Part shown: in pieces, positions 18,570-25,113 of the stretch
Position numbering within the stretch: the first letter of the stretch is position 1
How the letters are laid out: the number at the start of each line of letters is the position of its first letter
IMG/VR virus record: IMGVR_UViG_3300021475_000005
Reading direction: 5' to 3' (one strand)
Length of the DNA stretch: 64,000 nucleotides
DNA from: a virus
Taxonomy: Duplodnaviria; Heunggongvirae; Uroviricota; Caudoviricetes
Program-made: the position numbers and the translations under genes
The notes under the pieces: generated by a model
Database searches by the model: none
The model's input: the letters and a program-made list of their open reading frames with translations, nothing else
What the model was told of the DNA's origin: nothing

Positions 18570-18914
18570 TTAACGATGTGGCTTATCCTGTTTGGTATCG
18601 AGAAGATCGCGAATCTGACGAAGGAGATCAGTCTCATTCTTCATCCAGTCGCGGAGATCGGATGTCTGCGCTTCGAGCGTGCTGACGCGGGGTGCCAACT
18701 TCGCATCTGTTAGTTCATCCACACGGGCACTCAGGACAGCGTAACGTGATTCGTTCTGACCGTATAGACCGGCGGTGCCGAGCAAGAACGAAATCACAAT
18801 CGCCACATGTCCGAGATTCAAAGACCAATCAAAAGTTGGTCCTCTATGTTTGTGATGGTGCGAAGACGTATCCGCAGCATCAATTTCGTCGTCGAAGTTG
18901 ACCAATGTCTTCAC
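18570..18914 (-). CDS. Hypothetical membrane-anchored coiled-coil protein
   Basis: One TM segment (LNLGHVAIVISFLLGTAGLYG) followed by heptads. Confidence 0.6.
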   Translation of the reverse strand: MKTLVNFDDEIDAADTSSHHHKHRGPTFDWSLNLGHVAIVISFLLGTAGLYGQNESRYAVLSARVDELTDAKLAPRVSTLEAQTSDLRDWMKNETDLLRQIRDLLDTKQDKPHR

Positions 18915-19089
18915 TCGCGCGGGGATGAATCAATCTGGTCGGGTCCAGAGTTCGACACATACTTATGCCCCCGGCGCAAGTATTGTTTCGTTCGCGCAAG
19001 TTACTTTAGAGAGGGAATGAAGTCAAGAATTCCCCATTGATACAGTAAGTTGCATGGTTAATAGGAGGATTGGAACTGTGTGTCAAGGG

Positions 19090-19236
19090 CAAAATAAAAG
19101 CCCCATGGGGAGGAAACCCACGGGGCTTTCGTTAACAGCGTACAGATGAGCCCAAGCACGGGCTGCTTCGATCAGGAGAAAAAGGCCGCGCTGGGATTGC
19201 GGCTCAACACGGCCTTCTCCCGTACTAGTCGAAGGA
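19090..19236 (-). ncRNA. Candidate small structured RNA
   Basis: Own TTGACA(19271-19266)-17-TTATCC promoter, long irregular hairpin and terminator; no convincing ORF. Confidence 0.45.
19091..19129 (-). terminator. Intrinsic terminator at the end of the tRNA region
   Basis: AAAGCCCCGUGGG...AUGGGGCUUUUAUUUU on the minus strand. Confidence 0.8.
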
Positions 19237-19272
19237 CGATCAGGATAAGCAATCTTTCTGTGGGGTGTCAAG

Positions 19273-19350
19273 TGGACTCGCTACCGAGGCTCGAACTCGG
19301 ATCGTGAAGACTTCGGAGGTCAACGTTCTATCCATTTGAACTATAGCGAG
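19273..19350 (-). tRNA. tRNA-Arg(CCG)
   Basis: Cloverleaf, anticodon loop CUCCGAA, encoded CCA. Confidence 0.85.
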
Positions 19351-19354
19351 AAGG

Positions 19355-19429
19355 TGGCAGTCCCAGACGGATTCGAACCGCCGACCATTCGTTTAGAAGA
19401 CGAAGGCTCTTCCGCTGAGCTATGGGACT
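19355..19429 (-). tRNA. tRNA-Arg(UCU)
   Basis: Loop CUUCUAA, CCA. Confidence 0.92.
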
Positions 19430-19441
19430 ATGCACATTAAG

Positions 19442-19530
19442 TGGCACTGACGGCGAGATTCGAACTCGCAATGTGGTTTCCCACTCCAGATTCGTAGTCT
19501 GGTGCCTTGATCCAGTTAGACTACGTCAGT
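19442..19530 (-). tRNA. tRNA-Arg(ACG) with long variable arm
   Basis: Loop CUACGAA; V-arm GUGG-GAAA-CCAC; CCA. Confidence 0.88.
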
Positions 19531-19567
19531 GTATTATGTATACGGATAATCCGTACACTGATTAAAA

Positions 19568-19644
19568 TGGCTCCTGTTGCAAGGCTCGAACTTGCCGCGA
19601 TCTGATTAACAGTCAGATGTCCACACCCGGTGCACTTAACAGGA
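19568..19644 (-). tRNA. tRNA-Asn(GUU)
   Basis: Loop CUGUUAA, CCA. Confidence 0.9.
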
Positions 19645-19675
19645 ATAGTGAGATGACATATCTCACAGATTGATT

Positions 19676-19750
19676 TGGATCAAGGAGTAGGATTCGAACC
19701 CACGTTGCCGACGTTCAATGCGTCGTGTCCTACCGCTAGACGATCCTTGA
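19676..19750 (-). tRNA. tRNA-Gln(UUG), A33 variant
   Basis: Loop CAUUGAA, CCA. Confidence 0.85.
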
Positions 19751-19755
19751 AAATT

Positions 19756-19831
19756 TGGCTCACCCTCTTCGATTCGAACGAAGAGCCTCCAGATTCAGAG
19801 TCTGTTGCGCTACCAGTTGCGCCAAGGGTGA
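19756..19831 (-). tRNA. tRNA-Gln(CUG)
   Basis: Loop CUCUGAA, CCA. Confidence 0.9.
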
Positions 19832-19832
19832 A

Positions 19833-19907
19833 TGGTAGTTCCTCGGAGAATCGAACTCCGCTAAATCTCCGTGTAAAGGAGGCGACCAGCCACTGGCCCA
19901 AGGAACT
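19833..19907 (-). tRNA. tRNA-Val(UAC)
   Basis: Loop UUUACAC, CCA. Confidence 0.88.
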
Positions 19908-19941
19908 AAACTTTTTTACTCCTTTCGAGTAAACGTTGATT

Positions 19942-20016
19942 TGGTTGTCCCTGATGGAGTTGAACCATCTACCTAACGGTTATCAGCCGTTTGCTCTACC
20001 GATGAGCTAAGAGACA
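19942..20016 (-). tRNA. tRNA-Ile(GAU)
   Basis: Loop CUGAUAA, CCA. Confidence 0.92.
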
Positions 20017-20021
20017 TCATT

Positions 20022-20096
20022 TGGTTGGCCTACCGAGAATCGAACTCGGGCATAAACGCTCATCAGGCGCTTGCTGTACCACTTAGCTATAGGCCG
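20022..20096 (-). tRNA. tRNA-Ile(GAU), second copy, G37 variant
   Basis: Loop CUGAUGA, CCA. Confidence 0.85.
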
Positions 20097-20101
20097 AAAT
20101 T

Positions 20102-20176
20102 TGGTATCTCTTACTGGAATCGAACCAGTTCATCACGGCATGTCATACCGGTGCTCTCCCACTGAGCTAAAGAGAT
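20102..20176 (-). tRNA. tRNA-Val(GAC)
   Basis: Loop AUGACAU, CCA. Confidence 0.85.
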
Positions 20177-20177
20177 A

Positions 20178-20252
20178 TGGTCGATCTGGATGGTCTCGCA
20201 CCACCGACACGAAGATTTTCAGTCTCCTGCTCTACTCCTGAGCTACAGATCG
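20178..20252 (-). tRNA. tRNA-Phe(GAA)
   Basis: Loop CUGAAAA, T-loop UGCGAGA, CCA. Confidence 0.88.
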
Positions 20253-20345
20253 ATATTCGTTACTTCTCATCTCCATAATTCGCCGTTTCTGGCGAGTTAA
20301 CGTCTGTTTCGTTTGTAACTCGTCGTCTTTGACGAGTTCTGCTTT

Positions 20346-20431
20346 TGGTGGGAGTGGAAGGAATTGCACCTACTCACCCGTGGGGACTGATTTTACAGAC
20401 CAGCGCCGCTCTCTAACTCGACCGCACTCCC
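20346..20431 (-). tRNA. tRNA-Tyr(GUA)
   Basis: Loop CUGUAAA, long V-arm, CCA. Confidence 0.88.
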
Positions 20432-20444
20432 ATGGTCCAAATGC

Positions 20445-20483
20445 AAAAAGGCCCGCTCGGTGTTTACCGGGCGGGCCTTTCGG
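20445..20483 (-). terminator. Attenuator terminator ahead of the Tyr-to-Arg tRNA operon
   Basis: AAAGGCCCGCCCGGU-AAAC-ACCGAGCGGGCC-UUUUU; its 5' arm is also complementary to leader-ORF nt 20542-20527. Confidence 0.85.
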
Positions 20484-20503
20484 AACCTTGAGAGCGACTG
20501 GGT

Positions 20504-20593
20504 TTACCAGATATCCTGCTCACGCGCCGAAGACCCGCCCGGAATATACCGGACGAAGTTGACTTGCTGCACGCGGTTGAATCTCTTGCTCAT
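20504..20593 (-). CDS. Leader peptide A (MSKRFNRVQQVNFVRYIPGGSSAREQDIW), putative tRNA-operon attenuator
   Basis: ATG is 6 nt after the -10 box (leaderless-type); codons 4-17 match the downstream tRNA set. Confidence 0.8.
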   Translation of the reverse strand: MSKRFNRVQQVNFVRYIPGGSSAREQDIW

Positions 20594-20599
20594 GATGTT

Positions 20600-20628
20600 T
20601 GTGTACCTGATTCGATTTTGAATGTCAA
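20600..20628 (-). promoter_or_regulatory. Sigma70-type promoter of leader A / tRNA operon
   Basis: TTGACA-17 nt-TACACA. Confidence 0.8.
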
Positions 20629-20684
20629 GGATACCCAATATGGGGTGGTGAGTCAGTTTGACTGACTTGACATTCCCAAAACTT

Positions 20685-20890
20685 GTCGGGAGGGCTAGGA
20701 AAGGCCAGAGGCTTTTCATCTGGGCTGTAGCAATCCCAGAACAGCGCTACTCCTGCGCTCCGGCCTATCATAGCCCTCCCGACCTCGGCTTGCGCCGGAC
20801 GCGGATGCCACGCGATCTGGGGAGGCTAGGGGATTCGACAGGTGCGGTCAAGGATCGCGACTTTCGCGTATCTCAGGTACGGGAAAGTCG
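20685..20890 (-). ncRNA. Unidentified structured RNA at the 3' end of the Pro-to-Ser tRNA operon (strand inferred)
   Basis: 13-bp stem 20685-20697/20771-20783 enclosing a multibranch; further hairpins at 20811-20859 and 20858-20890. Confidence 0.5.
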
Positions 20891-20894
20891 TAAA

Positions 20895-20984
20895 TGGCGG
20901 AGAGTTGGCGAACCCGAGTCCCATACCCGTAAAGGTACACAAGGTTTAGCAAACCTGTCCCATCACCTGATGAGTTAACTCTCC
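20895..20984 (-). tRNA. tRNA-Ser(GCU), degenerate T-arm
   Basis: Loop UUGCUAA, long V-arm, CCA. Confidence 0.8.
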
Positions 20985-20989
20985 TAATC

Positions 20990-21079
20990 TGGCGGAGCGC
21001 ACTGAAGTTGCGTCAGAGGCCTTTGCAGGCTCGCGATGCTTTCCAAGCAGGCCGGGCGCGCTCGTCCCGTTTACGCTCC
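20990..21079 (-). tRNA. tRNA-Ser(GGA), degenerate T-loop
   Basis: Loop UUGGAAA, long V-arm, CCA. Confidence 0.8.
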
Positions 21080-21149
21080 AATTTTGCGCGAGATGCCACG
21101 ACGCATCCCTTTCAACCATTCCGGCACGTTGGCCTGCGCTGGTCTTGAC

Positions 21150-21239
21150 TGGAGGAAGGCGGGTGCTGCTGCCGCCCAAGCCGGTTAGGGCTCCATCCGT
21201 TTTCAAAACGGAGTCTAACACTGGTTAGATTCACCTTCC
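21150..21239 (-). tRNA. tRNA-Ser(UGA), degenerate T-loop
   Basis: Loop UUUGAAA, long V-arm, CCA. Confidence 0.8.
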
Positions 21240-21244
21240 GTAAT

Positions 21245-21335
21245 TGGCAGAGAGCGACGGGGATGCTCCGCAAACTTCTCTCGAAGTTCGATCCGCTTTC
21301 GAAACGGTCGCCGTACCTCGACGGCTTCACTCTCT
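21245..21335 (-). tRNA. tRNA-Ser(CGA), degenerate T-loop
   Basis: Loop UUCGAAA, long V-arm, CCA. Confidence 0.8.
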
Positions 21336-21342
21336 GTAAAAA

Positions 21343-21418
21343 TGGTGGACCTTGCCGGACTTGAACCGACCACCCGCTGCTTGCAAAGCAGCCGCTCTCC
21401 CAGATGAGCTAAAGGCCC
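21343..21418 (-). tRNA. tRNA-Ala(UGC)
   Basis: Loop UUUGCAA, G3:U70, CCA. Confidence 0.92.
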
Positions 21419-21424
21419 GTAGCT

Positions 21425-21496
21425 TGGTGGAGTAAATGGGAGTCGCGCCCATCGCAATCGGTTTGCAAGACCAATCTCCGCCCTCGCGGTTACCCC
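21425..21496 (-). tRNA. tRNA-Ala(UGC), second divergent copy
   Basis: Loop CUUGCAA, G3:U70, CCA. Confidence 0.8.
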
Positions 21497-21500
21497 GAAC

Positions 21501-21576
21501 TGGAACTGCGTGTCCGATTTGCACGGACCTCCTCCGCCTTCACAGGGCGGCGACTCGCTTGCTAGTCCTACGCAGC
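21501..21576 (-). tRNA. tRNA-His(GUG)
   Basis: Loop CUGUGAA; G1:U72; no encoded G-1. Confidence 0.85.
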
Positions 21577-21584
21577 ATTTAATT

Positions 21585-21668
21585 TGGTCGCTCTACCAGA
21601 ACTTGCATCTGGAATCCCGAAGGACAACGTTCTCAACGTTGCGCGTCTACTAGTTTCGCCATAGAGCG
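21585..21668 (-). tRNA. tRNA-Leu(GAG)
   Basis: Loop UUGAGAA, V-arm, CCA. Confidence 0.87.
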
Positions 21669-21677
21669 TTATTTTAG

Positions 21678-21760
21678 TGGTGCCTCAACCCAGACTCGAA
21701 CTGGGACGCTTTCGCACTGGGATTTGAAGCCAGCGTGTCTACCATTTCCACCATGGAGGC
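21678..21760 (-). tRNA. tRNA-Leu(CAA)
   Basis: Loop UUCAAAU, V-arm, CCA. Confidence 0.88.
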
Positions 21761-21772
21761 ATATTCGTTATT

Positions 21773-21855
21773 TGGTGCCCAACGTCGGGGTCGAACCGAC
21801 ACCTCAATGAGAACGGGATTTAAAGCCGTCGCGTCTGCCATTCCGCCAGATGGGC
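21773..21855 (-). tRNA. tRNA-Leu(UAA)
   Basis: Loop UUUAAAU, V-arm, CCA. Confidence 0.88.
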
Positions 21856-21896
21856 ATTATAAACTTGTGATCGAGTAGTACGATTCACTTGTAAGT

Positions 21897-21980
21897 TGGT
21901 AGCCCTAGAGGGACTTGCACCCCCACGTCTTTCGACATTGGTTCCTAAGACCAACGCGGCTTCTATTACGCCATAGGGCC
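21897..21980 (-). tRNA. tRNA-Leu(UAG)
   Basis: Loop CUUAGGA, V-arm, CCA. Confidence 0.88.
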
Positions 21981-21985
21981 AAACT

Positions 21986-22073
21986 TGGAGGACTCGGAGA
22001 GAATTGCACTCTCGGTGGCAGTTACGCTAGTGGATTAAGAATCCACGCCCATCGCTTCTCGGGTCACGAGTCC
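21986..22073 (-). tRNA. tRNA-Lys(CUU) with long variable arm
   Basis: Loop UUCUUAA, ~16-nt variable region, CCA. Confidence 0.83.
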
Positions 22074-22091
22074 AAATTATTCAGTATACTG

Positions 22092-22176
22092 AGGATCGGG
22101 TGAGATTTGCACTCACGATGGCATTTCTGCGTGGGTTTAAAAGACCCGTGACTTCGACTACTCTGTCCACCGATCC
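22092..22176 (-). tRNA. tRNA-Lys(UUU) with long variable arm; CCA not fully encoded
   Basis: Loop CUUUUAA; acceptor GGAUCGG/CCGAUCC. Confidence 0.82.
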
Positions 22177-22191
22177 ATCTCAGTATAAAAT

Positions 22192-22267
22192 TGGTTCCGC
22201 TTATCTGACTTGCACAGATCATCTCTCGTTTACGAGACGAGCGCATCGCTACCAATGCTTAAGCGGA
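22192..22267 (-). tRNA. tRNA-Thr(CGU)
   Basis: Loop CUCGUAA, CCA. Confidence 0.87.
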
Positions 22268-22272
22268 TCAAC

Positions 22273-22347
22273 TGGTGCCTCTTGAACGACCTGCCCGTTC
22301 CTCTCACCCCTACCAAAGGTGCTCATCGCTTTCTATGATTAAAAGGC
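22273..22347 (-). tRNA. tRNA-Thr(GGU), degenerate T-loop
   Basis: Loop UUGGUAG, CCA. Confidence 0.78.
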
Positions 22348-22348
22348 G

Positions 22349-22424
22349 TGGTGCCGATAGACAGGATCGAACTGCCTCCCTGACTGATTACAAAACAGTT
22401 GCGCTCCACTAGCGCCATATCGGC
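22349..22424 (-). tRNA. tRNA-Thr(UGU)
   Basis: Loop UUUGUAA, CCA. Confidence 0.88.
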
Positions 22425-22513
22425 AAAAAACAATTGCATGATTCGGGTAGTCTCGCCTTCTTCGCGTCCCGATAGTTTCAGCCATCACCGGCTTACGGAG
22501 ATCATGCACAAAA

Positions 22514-22601
22514 TGGTCAGAGTGGTGTGATTCGAACACACGATGCCTTTCGGCTCCTGCTCCCAAAGCAGGCGGAATGAGCCAGCCTATCCGACACTCT
22601 G
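22514..22601 (-). tRNA. tRNA-Pro(UGG) with long variable arm
   Basis: Loop UUUGGGA; V-arm GCC-GAAA-GGC; C1:G72, A73. Confidence 0.87.
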
Positions 22602-22648
22602 ATAATTCTAATATCATCATAGCGAATCTCCGCTTACGATGATTGAAT

Positions 22649-22724
22649 TGGTCTGCCTATCAGGATTTGAACCTGAATCACCAGCTTCCGAGGCCGGGGC
22701 TCTACCAAGTTAAGCTATAGACAG
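22649..22724 (-). tRNA. tRNA-Pro(CGG)
   Basis: Loop CUCGGAA, CCA. Confidence 0.87.
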
Positions 22725-22813
22725 TCGTTCTTCGTCTCCTGTTGGAGCCGGACCTGTTTCTGGAGCGGGGATCAGAAGGTTTGGTCGCGACTCGTGTTAG
22801 CCGCGAGAGGGAC

Positions 22814-22927
22814 TTAGTCCCGTAAGCGGCTTGAGAGTGGTGCGGTCGCTGGCGTTGTCAGCACGAGCGAATGCAAACTGGCGGAGGCCAGTTTGGGGCT
22901 CGACTTGAGTGACAACGTTGCGAACAT
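22814..22927 (-). CDS. Leader peptide C (MFATLSLKSSPKLASASLHSLVLTTPATAPLSSRLRD), putative tRNA-operon attenuator
   Basis: Lies between a promoter and the first tRNA; 30 of residues 3-33 are A/T/L/S/K/P/H, the isotypes of the downstream operon. Confidence 0.8.
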   Translation of the reverse strand: MFATLSLKSSPKLASASLHSLVLTTPATAPLSSRLRD

Positions 22928-22967
22928 TTTCAAACCTTTAAGTGGCGCGAGTCGCGCCGGAAGTCTT

Positions 22968-22996
22968 TGTGTCTCATATCCAGACTCGTATGTCAA
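22968..22996 (-). promoter_or_regulatory. Promoter of leader C / tRNA operon
   Basis: TTGACA-17 nt-GACACA, with GAGTC in the spacer. Confidence 0.7.
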
Positions 22997-23145
22997 CAAA
23001 GAAATTTCAAAATCCACTTTCCGGTTTCGCCGGGTTGCCGCGATTAACAAAAGGACGCCCGCTTTTGCAGGCGTCGTGTCGCTTTCTTTATGGCAATGCA
23101 TCCGAATTCCCGGATGAGCGGCTCATATGAGTAAAGGAGATCAAA

Positions 23146-23442
23146 ATGGACGATGATTGGGACAATGAAGAATGGGAACGCTGGATCGCGCTCACCGATG
23201 CGGAACAGGAGCAGGAACTCCGCGTGGCTGAGGCGGAATATATGGAATGGTATAGATCGTTGACGCCAAAGCAGCGCTACCATTATGAAGTCCGAGGACT
23301 TCTTCGACTCATCGTCAAGGAACGAAAAGGCTTAAAGCTCTTTCCCGAAATGCGAGATTTGATGGTTCGAAGAGCCCAGAAATTACTTTGGGCGCATCGG
23401 CATCATCGTCAAACCGGCATCTATCCTTCGTTCGACGACTAG
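23146..23442 (+). CDS. Hypothetical protein
   Basis: AAGGAGA RBS; 98 aa. Confidence 0.7.
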   Translation: MDDDWDNEEWERWIALTDAEQEQELRVAEAEYMEWYRSLTPKQRYHYEVRGLLRLIVKERKGLKLFPEMRDLMVRRAQKLLWAHRHHRQTGIYPSFDD

Positions 23443-23774
23443 CGGCAAAATACAGCATCAGTCGTCACGCCGACCTCGCCATCAATTTCTTCCAGCGCCG
23501 TGTCCGGAATTTCCGGCATGGGAACTGTGCCTCGAAGTGCGTGATAACTGTCAGCATGAAAAAACAACTGCCCATCCGTTATATTGTAATGGCAGTATCC
23601 ACGTTTCAAGTGCTGACCGAATGACGGACTGTACGTTGGTTTATCATCAGTGCCTGATCGTGCCCAGCGCCCTGTCGGGATAACATGCAGTTCTTCACAA
23701 GCTGGACACCAGTGATATAAATTGCCGCCAAACTCGGCGGTCCAAGGAGCAAGTTTCATTTTATTCCCACACAA
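23439..23774 (-). CDS. DUF6527-like zinc-binding protein
   Basis: HWCPACEELH...PTYSPS...CHYNITDG...DSYHALRG. Confidence 0.7.
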   Translation of the reverse strand: MCGNKMKLAPWTAEFGGNLYHWCPACEELHVIPTGRWARSGTDDKPTYSPSFGQHLKRGYCHYNITDGQLFFHADSYHALRGTVPMPEIPDTALEEIDGEVGVTTDAVFCR

Positions 23775-23776
23775 TG

Positions 23777-23802
23777 AAAAGGCCCGGATCGCTCCGGGCC
23801 TT
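23777..23802 (-). terminator. Intrinsic terminator
   Basis: AAGGCCCGGA-GCGA-UCCGGGCCUUUU. Confidence 0.75.
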
Positions 23803-23879
23803 GTTCGGCTACTCGCCGCCAGCCTGCTTTCACAGACACAAAGATCGCCAGATTTTCATCTGTCGCAGGACGATCTTAT

Positions 23880-24089
23880 TTACGCAGGTGCCAGTTTAGC
23901 CATCGCCTTACCAGCACGTTTCAATAATCCAGTCATTTGAGCGTTCGTATCTGGATTACGAGAAATTGTTCCATCCATGTGTCCCTGATGTAACTTCATC
24001 GCGGCTTGAAGGGCTGCTGTTCCAGCTTGATGTTCTTGCTGGAGATCAGGCCCGATAGAAGCCTGAAGATCAGAGATACCTTGGTCCAA
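23880..24089 (-). CDS. Hypothetical protein
   Basis: 69 aa; last gene of a tightly packed small-gene operon. Confidence 0.6.
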   Translation of the reverse strand: MDQGISDLQASIGPDLQQEHQAGTAALQAAMKLHQGHMDGTISRNPDTNAQMTGLLKRAGKAMAKLAPA

Positions 24090-24091
24090 TT

Positions 24092-24214
24092 TTATTTGCC
24101 CTTCTTCTTGGGCATCGGCATTGCCTTCTTTCCGCCAGCCGGTTTCTTGCCTGCACCTTTCTTCTTACCAAAGGGAGGTGCTGCACCGGGGAATGCAGGT
24201 TTCTTCGAGGCCAT
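24092..24214 (-). CDS. Small Lys/Pro/Gly-rich basic protein (40 aa)
   Basis: Below the track cutoff; MASKKPAFPGAAPPFGKKKGAGKKPAGGKKAMPMPKKKGK, with AAGGA RBS. Confidence 0.7.
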   Translation of the reverse strand: MASKKPAFPGAAPPFGKKKGAGKKPAGGKKAMPMPKKKGK

Positions 24215-24244
24215 TCGGGATTTCCTTTTGTTGGTTGAGGGTAG

Positions 24245-24466
24245 TTACATGCCCGGCGTGTCTGCGTCCGGGTCCATGTCGGGATCGCACATCGCCTGAT
24301 TGGGATGTGCATTATTATTCGGGTCCATCAATTCTCCGGTAGGCCATGCGCCACGAGGCGCAGAAGTTGGCGGACCAGCCTGATTGTTGGTGATGACGCC
24401 AACAAGCGCCTTCGAATTCGGGTGCTTCGTCGAAGCAGCCTTATTCTTTCGCATATTGTACTTCAT
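24245..24466 (-). CDS. Hypothetical protein
   Basis: 73 aa; abuts the stop of the upstream gene. Confidence 0.55.
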   Translation of the reverse strand: MKYNMRKNKAASTKHPNSKALVGVITNNQAGPPTSAPRGAWPTGELMDPNNNAHPNQAMCDPDMDPDADTPGM

Positions 24467-24679
24467 TTATTTTGGAGCCTTTCCATCGCGCTTCTTGTGG
24501 AAGCCTTCCAGAGTTTCGGCGAGACGCGCTTCTTTGCCGATCTTACCCGGTTCCGCAGCCGCCTTTTTGAGTTCGTCCTGCGGAATTTTCTGGCCTTGTG
24601 GAATTCCCAATGCACGATGCAGCGCGCCTTTGTCGCCGCCAATCGCTTTCTGGATAAAATGTTTTGCTTTCTTTGCCAT
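24467..24679 (-). CDS. Small basic phage protein
   Basis: MAKKAKHFIQKAIGGDKGALHRALGIPQGQKIP; GAGG RBS. Confidence 0.75.
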   Translation of the reverse strand: MAKKAKHFIQKAIGGDKGALHRALGIPQGQKIPQDELKKAAAEPGKIGKEARLAETLEGFHKKRDGKAPK

Positions 24680-24737
24680 GACGGCGCTACCTCAATAGGG
24701 ACCTGAGAAGCGCGGATTGTCTCGCTTATGACACAAC

Positions 24738-24756
24738 GAGTCAAGAATTCCGACTC
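24738..24756 (-). promoter_or_regulatory. Recurrent GAGTC-N9-GACTC / CTTGAC promoter motif (representative copy)
   Basis: Similar copies at 5893, 14980, 19020, 33093, 35975, 43834, 47755, 58916 and 63709, all upstream of minus-strand genes. Confidence 0.7.
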
Positions 24757-24815
24757 ATTGCCGGAGTCAAGTTACAGAGATGAAATCTAATATATGAAAT
24801 TTATAATATATGAGA

Positions 24816-24891
24816 TGGCGCACCTAACGAGATTCGAACTCGCAGCGACTTGATCGACAATCAAGCTTCATTCCCAGATGAACCTAGATGC
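24816..24891 (-). tRNA. tRNA-Asp(GUC)
   Basis: Loop UUGUCGA, CCA. Confidence 0.87.
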
Positions 24892-24912
24892 ATTATCTCA
24901 CATATAATAAAT

Positions 24913-24989
24913 TGGTCATGCCAACGAGATTCGAACTCGTGCCACAAGGATTGAAAGTCCCGTATCCTAGACCGCTAGACCATGGCATG
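24913..24989 (-). tRNA. tRNA-Glu(UUC)
   Basis: Loop CUUUCAA, CCA. Confidence 0.87.
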
Positions 24990-24991
24990 AT

Positions 24992-25071
24992 TGGTCGGGT
25001 CAACGGGGAACGATCCCGCATAGCAAGCTTGAGAGGCAAGCTGTCCTAGTCCTGATTTAGACGATGACCCG
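24992..25071 (-). tRNA. tRNA-Glu(CUC), weak anticodon stem
   Basis: Loop CUCUCAA, CCA. Confidence 0.75.
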
Positions 25072-25113
25072 TAGAGAGGAGTTTCGGACGGGTCGAAGAT
25101 TTACGTCGCGCGC

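Noticed and set aside
20819-20842. GGGGAGGCTAGGGGATTCGACAGG on the plus strand resembles a tmRNA 5' end
   Set aside because: No matching T-arm/CCA end or tag reading frame on that strand, and the region is transcribed on the minus strand.
22435-22508. Structured spacer with a stem followed by GAAAC (hammerhead-like)
   Set aside because: No CUGANGA core; left as an uncharacterised spacer.
19675-22620. Track ORFs overlapping the tRNA arrays
   Set aside because: They are translations of tRNA genes; only the promoter-proximal leader ORFs were kept.
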